From Carpediemonas membranifera BICM (taxonomy: Eukaryota; Protista; Fornicata), in the NCBI GenBank assembly GCA_019828565.1, contig JAHDYR010000069.1, forward strand, positions 62,001 through 126,000: DNA of 64,000 bases. The letters run 5' to 3'. The position numbers and the translations under genes were made by a program. Under the pieces are notes generated by a model, which saw only the letters and a list, made by a program, of their open reading frames with translations, did no database searches and was not told the origin of the DNA. Positions 11,047 to 21,464 of the stretch are shown one piece after another (position 1 is the stretch's first letter; the number at the start of each line of letters is the position of its first letter).

Positions 11047-12151
11047 CCTGAGTCTAGCTGCCGACATTCCATCCGGTCCTACTGCTGTGTCCGCATTCAT
11101 CCCGCTTATCGCCTTCCGTACCTCATCTTCCGTAAACTTGTCAATCGGCCTCTGCAATAGTTCGAGTGGTTCCCACTCCGGTTCTCTACCTTTGCTGATG
11201 CCTGCGAACTGTCCGAGCAGGGCTCCTGCTATTTTCCCTTTGTCCGTTGTCAGTGCTCCTCCTACTTTGAGGACCTTCGGGGGGCCTCCTACCTCTGTAC
11301 TGGGATTCACCCCACCATCGCTGGATTGCTCCGTCCACCATGGCCCTTGTGACCTTATACCCTTCCTTTGTACTGAGTTCTATTTCCTTAATCCACTGTT
11401 CTCTGCTCTCCTCCCTGCGTTGTTGGACCGCCTCGTTCATTCTGTCTTGCATCCTTCTTCTGATTCTTCTTCCGTCGTGAGCCGACCCCCACACTCCCAG
11501 ATGTCCTGATGGGATGTTCGACACTGTCGCCCTTGCCATCCCTTTCGTGTGCATGATGAAGTCCGGGGTGGTTCCGGTCGATGGGATTGTGGCATCCGCC
11601 GGGGCCTTGACTGTCAGTTCCATGTCCTCTATGAAGTTCTTCCATCTGGTTTTCCTCCCTTTTCCTTTTGGGTTCTGGTTCCAGTCTCCGATGAGGATGG
11701 CTTCCATGTCCCCTCTCGCTTCTAGTACCTTCCGTATGCTGGCCAGGAAATCCATCTCTTTGCTTGCTCCACTTGTCGGTCCGTACACATTGATGACTAG
11801 CACTGACCTGCTACTGTGCACCACACTGGCTTGTACCCTTCCGTCTCGGGGGTCTGTGACTCCGACATCCCATTCCGCGTTTGTGTGTGGTGAGATAATT
11901 GTTGTCAGTCCGCATCTTCTTCCGTTTCCTCCGTTTCTCTTCTCCTCGTCCACTTGTTCCACCGTTAGTCCTGCCATTGTGTATTGGAAGTCTCTAAAGG
12001 CTCCAACTCTGCTGTTTGCTGTCCTCCATGTTTCCTGGATGCAAACAGCGTCCAGATCCTTCCGTTTTTCGTGCAACATTGTTGCTATAGCTGCTGAGAA
12101 GTCTTCTCCTCCACCGATGTGTCCTTGGGAGTTAATTGATGCAATCTTCAT
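11047..12151 (-). pseudogene. APE endonuclease and RT N-terminus of element A (frameshifted/deleted linker)
   Basis: SINSQG, IQETW, NVYGP, IGDWN, TPDF and GSAH, followed by FTEDEVRKAISGMNADTAVGPDG in another frame. Confidence 0.85.
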
Positions 12152-12490
12152 CTTGTGTTTTGAAATTTCCGAAAATCCGCAGTTTTGGGTTCTCCTGGTT
12201 TCTTTGCTATCCGGGTTTCGGGTCGATTCCGGGGACTGGCCTTCCTCTTCCTTCCCCCACGGTGCTGATTCAGTCTGTGCCGCCTATTCGTCGTAAAAGG
12301 ATCCCATCGTTGGGGGAGGACATAGTGATGCAACCTCCCCCTTGGCTGCCGGTACAGCCCACCGGCAGTGGTGTCGTGCTCACCTAATGCCGGACCCTGA
12401 GTGAGGCAGGGTGTTCTGTTTGTTTTTGTTGCACGTGTGTGTCGAGAAAAGAAGTAAATCCGTAGTCCTTGTATTCCTGAGAAGAGTCCT

Positions 12491-13024
12491 TTAATTCCAC
12501 CAGTTCTCAGCCATCTCAGCCAGCTTGTCCATGGTGAGCTCATCGCTGCTCCCCTCGTCCTCGCTGTCCCTGGGCTGGTCGCCGGTTCCGTCCGACTGCT
12601 TGGGTTGACCGTCCCCAGCTCCGTCCTTGAGTCTGCAGATTTCCTCTTGCAGCTGAGCTATCGTTCTGTCCTTGTCCTCCAGCTCATTCTTGAGCTCGTC
12701 CACACGCTGCTTGCCCTTCTGCATCAGGAGTGTCTTCGTGTCCTTTGTCAGCTGGCGGGCCGCGTCTCTCTCCTCCTCCAGTCTCAGGTTCCTCTCCTTG
12801 AGGGTTTCCAGCTGCACGTGCAGCAAGTCCTTGTCGAGCTTGGCTCTCTTGGATCCGCCTGCAGGGGCTGCCTTCCTCTTCTCGGAGGTATCCTGGGTTC
12901 TGTCTGGGGGGGGTTGACTGTCCGATTGGCCCCAGTTCTCACGGGAGGGCAGTTGGGTTGCCTGGGGGTTGCCTCCATCCGGCTTCGCCTGTTCGATCCG
13001 CAGAGTCTGCTCCGAGTTTCCCGG
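12491..13024 (-). pseudogene. 3' half of ORF1 of element A (coiled coil)
   Basis: Continues the 17888-18611 ORF across the CCGG TSD. Frameshift at the G run near 12906-12913, then heptad-rich LETLKERNLRLEEERD... Confidence 0.6.
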
Positions 13025-16000
13025 TGTGACCCTAAACTGCGGGAGTTGGTTGCATAAAACTCATTCGTAACACGGCACAATATCGATATTACCGGTGAAA
13101 TGAAGCAATTCACGACTAATGATCCAGAAAGCGCAATCCAGGCGCTCGCGGATTACACCACTGCAATTATCCACGAGAGAAACCCAACTTCTTTCATCCA
13201 AACGCTCACAGCGGACACGGTCGCGAAGTTAAAGCGTGATTGGCGTCCGACAGCGAAATTTCCCACTCTTGAGAGCCTCCAGACCTCCATTATGTCTGAC
13301 GCCGAAGCCCGAGCTCAGGCCCGTTCGGACGAGGCTCCGCAAGCTATATCCCACAATCCCACCGCAGATGCAATCGCCAAGCGTTTCGCTGCTGCCTTTG
13401 AGGCGGCCTGCAAGCGAGCGCAGTACGCAGAGTGTGTGCGGGTCTCTTCAAACTTCAAGGACCCGGCCCTCACCAGCCTGACAAAGGAGTCAATCTCGGC
13501 AGAGATACAACGCGCAATCCCGGAGGCCACTGAGAAGGCCAGGACATTCATCACCTCGTACATGAAGGACCCCGCGGCCAACAGATGGTCCGACCTCTTC
13601 AGCGCCGCAACCCCGACTGTCCCCGTGCCTGACGGGACCGACATGACACTCCCAGATTTCTCTGACAAGGTCCCGGAGCCCACCATAGATGAGAAGCCCG
13701 ACCTGGCCGCCTGGCCAAAGCGTGCTGATTTCCCCGACGTTTACGCTTACCTCCGCGCCGAGGCAAAGGCGATCATCCCCTACATCGTTTATACGCTCCT
13801 ACCGACCCTCGACATGGGATCGAGACTGAAGATGGTGCGCGACAAGGCATCCGGCCTTAGATTCTTCGGCCCAGCCGTCGAGCACCGACTCGCCGTCTTC
13901 AAGCTACGTAGGATCCTCAACGCTTACGATCCATGCGTCCCAGACATCGAGGCACTAACCTACAACTCGACCGAGCGCTTACTGGGGTCGATCTTCCTCA
14001 AGGGCTATAGCAAGGACGCCGAGGCTCTTTACGAGGACATCATCGAGGACCCAGCCGAGTCAATCGACGATCTTCTTTCTCGCCTCGAGAACCTCGACGT
14101 CGATCACGACGAACGCGTTATTGTCCCGTGGCGGGCGTTCGCGGTAACATCCCAACCCGCCGACCAGAAAGACAGCGGCCGTCGCGCCCCTGGCAAGCAA
14201 AAGCCGACAGTACTGCCCCATACAAGCGATCCCTATCTCCAGTTCAAAGACAAGCACAAGTATGCCATCCCACAGCACTTCAACAAGTGGTGCAAGTCTC
14301 ATGGGTGGAACAGTAACCATACGACAGAGTCATGCAGGTTCCTCGCACGGCAGAAGGACAACCAGTCCAAGGGCACCTCCGGCTCCTCTCAGCCGCGGAA
14401 GAACGACCAGAAGCAGACCAGCGGTACGCAGTCCGACCGTCGGGCCGGCAACATGTTCCTGAGGGACTCCTCAAAGCTTCGCAACTCGCGCGGCCAGCGC
14501 GACATCCATGAAGTCGACAACAACGCCTCAGATGACGCCGAGTCCGAGGACGAAGGTGACGTCTATGAGGTGGGGGCTGTTGAGATCGACAACGACCCCA
14601 TCAACGTCCCGGCCACGATCAACGGTGTCCAAATCAAGACGAAGTTCGATATCGGAGCCTGCGTCTCAGTCATCTCGGAGCCCGCACTAGCGAAGGTCCC
14701 GAATTACCAGCTCATCGACACCTCAGTCGAGCTCTTCGGCGCCGGCGACGAGGTCATCTCCATCGGTAAGGCCGCAAAGGTCGACATCACTCTCCCGTCT
14801 ATCGATGGCAAGACCGTGCAGGCCACCGCATTGCTGATGGTGATCCGCGCCAAACGCCGAAAGGTCCTGATCGGCCGCGACCTCCTCAGAAGGTTGGGCT
14901 ACCTCATGAACGACAGACTGCTGATCCCGTCATCCGCCACCATCTCCGACAACGACAATCTGCCTCCACACCCGTATCTCGACTCCTGCACAGATGAGAT
15001 TGATGTTGATAACGAGTGGAAGAAGGTCCGAATCCCTTACGATGACAATCCAGACCTCACTAAGTGGCTCGAAGGCTTCCTATACGAACGCCGCGAGCTC
15101 TTCGGCGAGCTGCCAGAGGACGGCAGCGAGTTGCGTCCACACAAGATCACCCTGAAGCCTGGCGACCACAGGCTCCCGAAGGCAAGACCACGCCCCCTTA
15201 AGGGTTCCCAAGCGTCCAGCGCCGCCGCTGAAATCGACAAGATGCTCCAACAATTAGTCATCCGCCCAAGTGACTCGCCGTACTCATCCCCACACGTGAT
15301 GGCGAAGAAGAAGAACGGTGAGGACAGGTTCTGCGTCGCGTATAACGTTCTGAATGAAGCCACCGAAGACGATCGCTACCCGACACCAGATATCCGCTCC
15401 TTCGTCCATGAGGCAAGCGGCTGCTCACTCTTCGGCACGCTCGACCTCCGAAGCGGCTACTGGCAGCAACGTATGGACCCCGACAGCGTCTCACTCACCG
15501 CCTTCACTATCCCAGGCGGTCATTACGAGTTTCTTCGTACCCCCTTCGGGCTCAAGAATGCCCCGGCCAAGTTCCAGAGAGCGATGGACGAGGTGTTGGA
15601 AGACTGCAAGAGCTCCAAAGCCTACGTCGACGATATCTTCACTTACTCGCACACGGAGGAAGAGTTCAAGAGCGCCATCACGGATCTCTTCGATCATCTA
15701 CTGGCGGCCAACGTCAGACTGAAGGCCGACAAGTGTGCCCTCGGCCTCTCCGAGGTTGAGGTGTGCGGCTTCATCGTTAACGAGATGGGCAGATCCGTTG
15801 CCCCCGCTCGAGTCCAGGCCATCCGCGACCTCTTTCCTCCGACCACCACGTCGGAACTCCGTCGATCCCTCGGCAAGTTCAACTACTTGTCGAATTACAT
15901 TCCCCATCTCGCCGACGCCGCAGCACCTCTCAACCGGCTGCTTAAGGGCTCTCCGGGGAAGTCGTCCCCCGTGGCCTGGGGCGCCGAGCAGGACGCCGCT

Positions 16001-17887
16001 TTCGCTAAGATGAAAGACCTGGTCACCGAACACACGGCGCTCGCCCTCCCAGACTTAGACAAGCCCTGGACCTTGGAGACCGATGCCTCCTCAGTAGCGA
16101 TCGGCGGGGTCCTATGGCAGGGCGAAGGAGTTGAGAAGGTTCCCCTCGCTTTTTATTCCAAGACCTTGGACGAGACTCAGCAAAGGTGGTCGACCGTCGA
16201 ACAGGAGCTTTACGCGATCATCCACTGTGTAACTCGACCGGAGTTCTCAGCCCTCCTTAAGATTAAGCCGTTCTCTCTCAGAACCGATCACCGGAACCTT
16301 ATTTGGCTCCTGAGAAAGACGGACGAGGAGGGCACGAAAAAGCTTACTCGCTGGCGCCTGACAATGACCGAATACCCCTACTCCATCGCCCACATCAAGG
16401 GCGTCCACAACGTCGTCGCCGACTCGCTGTCCCGTCCTAGCAGCGTCCCAGAGGACCGAGACGACCTCAAGGCCGCTATCGAACAGGTCTCCAGTTCTCA
16501 CCGTCACCTCATCAACCAGGCCCACGCCGGTGCACAGGGCCACGTCAGCGTCGCTCAGACGATGGCAAATCTCCGCAACGCCGGGCAGTCTTGGCCCGAC
16601 ATGAAATCGGACGTCCGGGAGACCCTCAGAAGTTGCGCCGTCTGCCAGAAGGTTAGACCCCCTGCCCGCGAGAAGACGAAGTGGCACTCCACGCAGCGAC
16701 TCAAGCCCTTCGAGACGGTCCAGCTTGACACAATAGGCCCCCTTCCGGAAGAGGCCGGCATGTCCTACATCATCACGATCGTGGATGTCTTCTCCAAGTT
16801 CACGATCCTCCGTCCGGTCGCTACTACAAAGGCCGAAGAGGCTGCAGCAGCGATGCTGGATGTGTGGTCCACGTTCGGAGTCCCAAAGGAGATTCAAACC
16901 GACCAGGGCACTCAATTCCGTAACGCCCTCATTGCCGAGTGTAACGCCATCATCAGTCTTCAGCACAGGTTCTCAACCCCTTACCATCCGGCCAGCAACG
17001 GAGTCGTTGAACGACTCAACGGCACGATCATGTCTCGCATGAGAGCGCTCCTCCTAGACGCAGAGGACGGCAACTGGCCCGCCTATTTACCGCTCGCTCA
17101 ACACGTCATCAACTCTACCCGCCACGCCACCACCGGTCGCTCCCCTTTCGAACTGCTGTTCGGCAAAGAATCGACGCTACGGGTCGCCCCGATCGCTCTG
17201 GCAAACGCCACGAAGAGCTGCACCCCTGGGAGCGTTGATGAAGGTGAGATTGTCCGCTTCCAGGAGGACGTAGCCGCTCTACAAGCCCTCGCCCGCGTCA
17301 AGATTCGCGCGTACGAGGCGCGCAAGGCCAAGGCCACAGCAGACACTCATGCGTGGGAGAGAGAACAATACGTTCTCCTGCGCTACCCGGGCAAGCCCCC
17401 GGCTAAGATCTACACCCCCCTGCGCGGACCCTTCCGCATGGAGGGGAAGGGCGAACACCCGAACACCTACCGCGTCCGTGACCTCGTCACAAGATGCGTC
17501 AGCACGGTCCACGCCGACAGACTGGTCCGATTCGAGACCGATTTATCCGACACCGAGCTCGAGCGGATCGCCGCTTTCGAGCAAGGCGAACAGCCCGTCA
17601 AGGAGATCGTCGGTCACAAGAAGAAGAAGAACGGCTCATTGGAGCTCCTCATCCGTTGGGAAGGCCTCACACCCGACGAAGACTCCTATGTACCCTATAA
17701 CCGGTACTATGACCAGCTAGCGGCTCTCGATGATTACCTCGTCGCTCATCCAGAGCATGAAGCCGCGTTCGCCGCCGCCAAGAAGAAGTTCCGCAGTTCC
17801 GGGCGCCGTTAATGCGTCCGCATGGGGGGAAGTGTGACCCTAAACTGCGGGAGTTGGTTGCATAAAACTCATTCGTAACACGGCACA
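13025..17887 (+). mobile_element. Gypsy-2: full-length chromodomain Ty3/Gypsy LTR retrotransposon with 55-bp LTRs
   Basis: Identical LTRs at 13025-13079 and 17833-17887, CCGG TSD, PPT GGGGGGAAG, and palindrome AATATCGATATT at 13079-13090. Confidence 0.97.
13100..17812 (+). CDS. Gag-PR-RT-RNaseH-IN-chromodomain polyprotein
   Basis: WCKSHGWNSNHTTESC, FDIGA protease variant, YVDD, ETDAS, HHCC/DDE integrase, GPF motif and chromodomain LLIRWEG. Collinear with Gypsy-1. Confidence 0.95.
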   Translation: MKQFTTNDPESAIQALADYTTAIIHERNPTSFIQTLTADTVAKLKRDWRPTAKFPTLESLQTSIMSDAEARAQARSDEAPQAISHNPTADAIAKRFAAAFEAACKRAQYAECVRVSSNFKDPALTSLTKESISAEIQRAIPEATEKARTFITSYMKDPAANRWSDLFSAATPTVPVPDGTDMTLPDFSDKVPEPTIDEKPDLAAWPKRADFPDVYAYLRAEAKAIIPYIVYTLLPTLDMGSRLKMVRDKASGLRFFGPAVEHRLAVFKLRRILNAYDPCVPDIEALTYNSTERLLGSIFLKGYSKDAEALYEDIIEDPAESIDDLLSRLENLDVDHDERVIVPWRAFAVTSQPADQKDSGRRAPGKQKPTVLPHTSDPYLQFKDKHKYAIPQHFNKWCKSHGWNSNHTTESCRFLARQKDNQSKGTSGSSQPRKNDQKQTSGTQSDRRAGNMFLRDSSKLRNSRGQRDIHEVDNNASDDAESEDEGDVYEVGAVEIDNDPINVPATINGVQIKTKFDIGACVSVISEPALAKVPNYQLIDTSVELFGAGDEVISIGKAAKVDITLPSIDGKTVQATALLMVIRAKRRKVLIGRDLLRRLGYLMNDRLLIPSSATISDNDNLPPHPYLDSCTDEIDVDNEWKKVRIPYDDNPDLTKWLEGFLYERRELFGELPEDGSELRPHKITLKPGDHRLPKARPRPLKGSQASSAAAEIDKMLQQLVIRPSDSPYSSPHVMAKKKNGEDRFCVAYNVLNEATEDDRYPTPDIRSFVHEASGCSLFGTLDLRSGYWQQRMDPDSVSLTAFTIPGGHYEFLRTPFGLKNAPAKFQRAMDEVLEDCKSSKAYVDDIFTYSHTEEEFKSAITDLFDHLLAANVRLKADKCALGLSEVEVCGFIVNEMGRSVAPARVQAIRDLFPPTTTSELRRSLGKFNYLSNYIPHLADAAAPLNRLLKGSPGKSSPVAWGAEQDAAFAKMKDLVTEHTALALPDLDKPWTLETDASSVAIGGVLWQGEGVEKVPLAFYSKTLDETQQRWSTVEQELYAIIHCVTRPEFSALLKIKPFSLRTDHRNLIWLLRKTDEEGTKKLTRWRLTMTEYPYSIAHIKGVHNVVADSLSRPSSVPEDRDDLKAAIEQVSSSHRHLINQAHAGAQGHVSVAQTMANLRNAGQSWPDMKSDVRETLRSCAVCQKVRPPAREKTKWHSTQRLKPFETVQLDTIGPLPEEAGMSYIITIVDVFSKFTILRPVATTKAEEAAAAMLDVWSTFGVPKEIQTDQGTQFRNALIAECNAIISLQHRFSTPYHPASNGVVERLNGTIMSRMRALLLDAEDGNWPAYLPLAQHVINSTRHATTGRSPFELLFGKESTLRVAPIALANATKSCTPGSVDEGEIVRFQEDVAALQALARVKIRAYEARKAKATADTHAWEREQYVLLRYPGKPPAKIYTPLRGPFRMEGKGEHPNTYRVRDLVTRCVSTVHADRLVRFETDLSDTELERIAAFEQGEQPVKEIVGHKKKKNGSLELLIRWEGLTPDEDSYVPYNRYYDQLAALDDYLVAHPEHEAAFAAAKKKFRSSGRR

Positions 17888-17891
17888 CCGG

Positions 17892-18611
17892 CCTGCGGGC
17901 CATCCAGTCTTCGATCCTTCGGGGTCCCAGCGGGCGTCCAATCTCCCTTCCGATCATGTTGTCTCCGTATTCCACGGCTACCTGGAGCGTCTCGTGGCCC
18001 GCGCGGGCTTGGTCCGGTGTGAGTGAGAAGGGTTTGTCCGAGTTCTTCTTCCTGTCCTCTGCCAGTGTGAGGTCCACCTTGTTCACCCAGGGCTCTGGGT
18101 CGTCCATGTAGGCCGTGGCCACCTGCTCTTCTTTGTCCCGGTTCCACAGGTACGTCATCCTGTCCATAATGTTGCCGGCAGCATCTCCCTTGAAGATTCC
18201 CCAATCCTTCGGGAGGAAGCTGGGCTTAATCCGTCCGCTGTCCACGTTTGCTAGTGCTTTTGCTAGGTCCTTCGGGATCATGTCCGCTAGTTCCACATCC
18301 GACCAGTTGTTCTGCTTGGCCGACTCGTACGGGGCTGGCCATACTCTGAGTAGTCTGCTCACCGTGAGCCAGTCCTTCGTGTGTGTGGTGGCCAGGTTCT
18401 CCATGGATTGGCCTGAGGCCTTCTGGTCCGCCGTGAGTCTGTTCGATCTGTCCATGGTCCAAATGGGGTTGGCTCTGATCCTGCTCCGCTCGTTGACCGC
18501 TTGCTTGGCGCTGAGGAGGATGCCTTTGGTGCCCATGACTACCTCTAGCACTCCCCAGCCCATTCCGTACTTCGTGGACGCGGTTTGGGCAACCACTACG
18601 TGCCGTCCGTA
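17892..18611 (-). pseudogene. 5' half of ORF1 of element A
   Basis: Open frame running up to the Gypsy-2 TSD, inside the 13-bp TSD boundary. Confidence 0.55.
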
Positions 18612-18796
18612 CATGTTGCCGCACATCAATATGTTCGAACACCCTGCTATATTCTCAGAGCTACTGAGATGTGTCATCTAGCGATAGAACATTGGCAGTT
18701 TACTGGGCTGCCAGCATCGTTTCCTCGTTACCGACTCAATCAGTTTCACAGCGACTAACCTCAAGCTGCACCTCACAATTTACTAACCCACACCCG

Positions 18797-20005
18797 CTAT
18801 GTCCTAAACTGGACTACGCCCGACTTGCACATCGACTTGACTCCCTTGAACATCTTGTACGTCTCACCGCTCATGTCCAGGCGCCTGATCTTCAATCCGC
18901 TGAGGCTGAGATTAGGGATGCTGAAAGCGACCGAAATGACTGGCTTCGTGGTTACCGGCTCGGATCCAGTGGCCTCCATCTTGATGCTGATGCTGGGGAC
19001 GGACTTGCTAGTCTGCAGGATACGGCCGATGGTCCAGACGATGGTGTTCGATGCCATGTCCGTCTTGTACGTGCCTACAGAGGGCTTGACGAGTGTCACG
19101 GCGACGCCCTTAGGGAGAGGAACAGTGAGCACGACGTCTTCAAGGGGCAGGGCCTGCTTGGTGCCGACAGAAATGTCGCAGCGTCCCGCAGAGGAGCCCA
19201 TGCCGAATACGGGCTTGACATAGAGCGGGAGCATGCGCTGCCGGTGGGCGGTGGTCATGTAGGACGTGAGGACAAACTTCCCGTCTGGTGGGACGAAGGA
19301 GAGCGTCTTGTTCTCGTCAAAGCGACGGTATCTGACGCACGGGTGGAAGGACGCCGCGTTTGTCTTGCCGTTGTCGAGGATATCGGGGTCGTCGAACGAG
19401 ATGGTAATGTCGGGCATGCCAGAGAGCTTGGAGTTCACGAGTATCTCGCCGTTGACGATTGAGTGGGCCGTCATGCCGTTGGCGTCGACAATTACATCCA
19501 GTTTCTCAACAACGTCGAAGGTGATCTCGTTGCTCTGGTGGACGACGCCGTTCTGCCTCCAGCTGATGGCCGACATCGATTCGGAGGGGAGGGCGCTCGT
19601 CTCGGTGTTCGTAGGGATGAGGGCCTTGAGGATGTTGAGCTCGGTATTCATGGGGAGGCTGCCATCGAGTACTTCGTCAACAACCTGGTAAATGACGTGG
19701 CTCTTCTGGGAAATGCGCTCTTCTGTGACACCGCCGAGGAAGGCGTCAAAAATGGTGACGAGGCGGTCCAGGAACTCGGTAATGAGAAGCGCTGACTGCT
19801 CCTGGCCGAAGATGGCAAGGAAAAACATATCGTGGCGGCGAATATGGGCCACAAAGTAGCTCTCAATCTCAGTCAAGGGGGGAATTGGCTTTCCGCTGTC
19901 AATAAGAGCCTTGAAAGACTGATCGCAAATCGACAATGGTACAACACCACGGTGCATAACAACCTTGCCTGATGCATTAAGTACTGAGATCGAAAGCGAG
20001 GACAT
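18797..20005 (-). CDS. AP3M: Adaptor complex AP-3 mu subunit
   Basis: Longin N-terminus plus mu-homology domain (SKLSGMPDI, FHPCVRYRRF, LSFVPPDGKF). The C-terminal YKMFKGVK is mu3-like. ATG at 20005 preferred. Confidence 0.85.
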   Translation of the reverse strand: MSSLSISVLNASGKVVMHRGVVPLSICDQSFKALIDSGKPIPPLTEIESYFVAHIRRHDMFFLAIFGQEQSALLITEFLDRLVTIFDAFLGGVTEERISQKSHVIYQVVDEVLDGSLPMNTELNILKALIPTNTETSALPSESMSAISWRQNGVVHQSNEITFDVVEKLDVIVDANGMTAHSIVNGEILVNSKLSGMPDITISFDDPDILDNGKTNAASFHPCVRYRRFDENKTLSFVPPDGKFVLTSYMTTAHRQRMLPLYVKPVFGMGSSAGRCDISVGTKQALPLEDVVLTVPLPKGVAVTLVKPSVGTYKTDMASNTIVWTIGRILQTSKSVPSISIKMEATGSEPVTTKPVISVAFSIPNLSLSGLKIRRLDMSGETYKMFKGVKSMCKSGVVQFRT

Positions 20006-20211
20006 TCGGGCTCTCGCTGGATGATTGCGACCCAAACTTGAGTCGAAAATTGTGATGCCCACTGGCCATGCTCTATTCAACACCCTCATGCCGCGGATCC
20101 CGTGACATAATCCCACTCTAACCTCCACACCAATTTTTACATCGTTTGACCATTCTTGACTATCTAGATCTCTTTCAGAGCAAACAACAGGCAAGTAACT
20201 ACACCGTTAGT

Positions 20212-21117
20212 TTAATCCTCCTGAAGAGCAGCAAAGCGGTTGCTCCTCACGGGCTCCGACTTCTTCTCGCTGGAGTAGACAGGCTTGCTCTCAGCGGGCT
20301 TGCTCTCAGCAGCGGGCGCCTTCGACGTGCGGGCAGCTCCCCAGTCAAAGTTCTTGCCAGTCTCAAAGCGCTTGTCCTCCTGCACGGGCCGCTCGGGGCG
20401 CTCTACGCGACGGGGTCTGTACACACCCGTGGCAGGGGCAGGGGCAGGGGGCTGGACCCTCCTCTCAGTCGAGCGGGCGTCAGACCACATCGAGCTGTTG
20501 CCGTATTTGTTCTGTTCGCGGCGCTCGCGAGGCTGGAAATCGCGGTGCTCGCGAGACTGGAAATCGCGGTGCTCGCGGTGTTCGCGAATGACGGGGGCGG
20601 CGGGGAGAGCACGGGAACCGAAGGCATCGCGGGACAGAGAGGGCATGGGAGGTCGCTCATAAGAGCGGTCGCCATAGCCGCCAGGACGCCGATCGCCGTA
20701 GCCGGGGCGAGGACGGTCAACCTGAATACCGATGGCGCGGCCGTTAACCGTGCGGCCGTTCAGGCCCACAGCGCCCTCGAGGGTCTCACGGTCGTCGAAC
20801 TCGATGACGGCCATGCCACGAGACTTGCCAGTGGCCTGATCTATCTTCATCTCGATGTCAGTGGGCTCAACGCCTTGTTGCTCGAACCAACCAAAGAGGT
20901 CGTCGTCCGTCCACTCGAAAGGAAGAGCACGAACGAAGGCCTTGAAAGGACCGTTCATGGGGATCTCATTATCCGCGCTGCGGTTGTATGAAGAGGGTGC
21001 CTGAATTGCAGGACGGCTGTATTGGTCGTCCGCGCAAACGGAGATGCGGTGATCATCCTGATCGGCCCAGTTGTCCGAAGACTCTACGTCACCTGTAATA
21101 AAGGCAGAAAGCTCCAT
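20212..21117 (-). CDS. eIF4B/eIF4H-like RRM protein
   Basis: N-terminal NWADQ, PFKAFVRALPF (RNP2), SRGMAVIEF (RNP1), a D/R/Y/G-rich region and C-terminal NRFAAL. Confidence 0.7.
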   Translation of the reverse strand: MELSAFITGDVESSDNWADQDDHRISVCADDQYSRPAIQAPSSYNRSADNEIPMNGPFKAFVRALPFEWTDDDLFGWFEQQGVEPTDIEMKIDQATGKSRGMAVIEFDDRETLEGAVGLNGRTVNGRAIGIQVDRPRPGYGDRRPGGYGDRSYERPPMPSLSRDAFGSRALPAAPVIREHREHRDFQSREHRDFQPRERREQNKYGNSSMWSDARSTERRVQPPAPAPATGVYRPRRVERPERPVQEDKRFETGKNFDWGAARTSKAPAAESKPAESKPVYSSEKKSEPVRSNRFAALQED

Positions 21118-21464
21118 GATATCTTGCTAAAGAAGCGAGGAAAGAGCTCGAGAACCGAGAGAGTTTTTTTACGAAAAAAAGATAAAGTGCGTTAGGTGTC
21201 CAGCTTGGGCTCAAGGCTGGGCGAGCCGAGAAAGAAGAGGGTACAACCTGCAAATGACAGCCAGATCCCGTAATCGGCGGCCAAAAGGATTACCAGGCAT
21301 AAGATGACCTACCTTCGTCCCTCAGCTGACAAGAACAGGCCGTCGCCAAGGACTCTCCGATTCCATAGCCTATTCCCAGGTCTAGCGCCAACAGTCGGCT
21401 CTGGTCAAGATCTGATGAATCGAAACCGATCAGCGAGTTAGACAGGGTGATTGAGACAAGTGTC

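Larger units (their letters stand above)
3452..18611 (-). mobile_element. Non-LTR retrotransposon A (ORF1 + APE-RT-CCHC, about 5.6 kb once the two Gypsy insertions are removed)
   Basis: 13-bp direct repeat CATGTTGCCGCAC at 3439-3451 and 18612-18624. Coding-strand tail is AAATTT followed by (CTT)n. ORF1, APE and RT pieces lie in order and their frames rejoin across both Gypsy TSDs. Confidence 0.75.
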
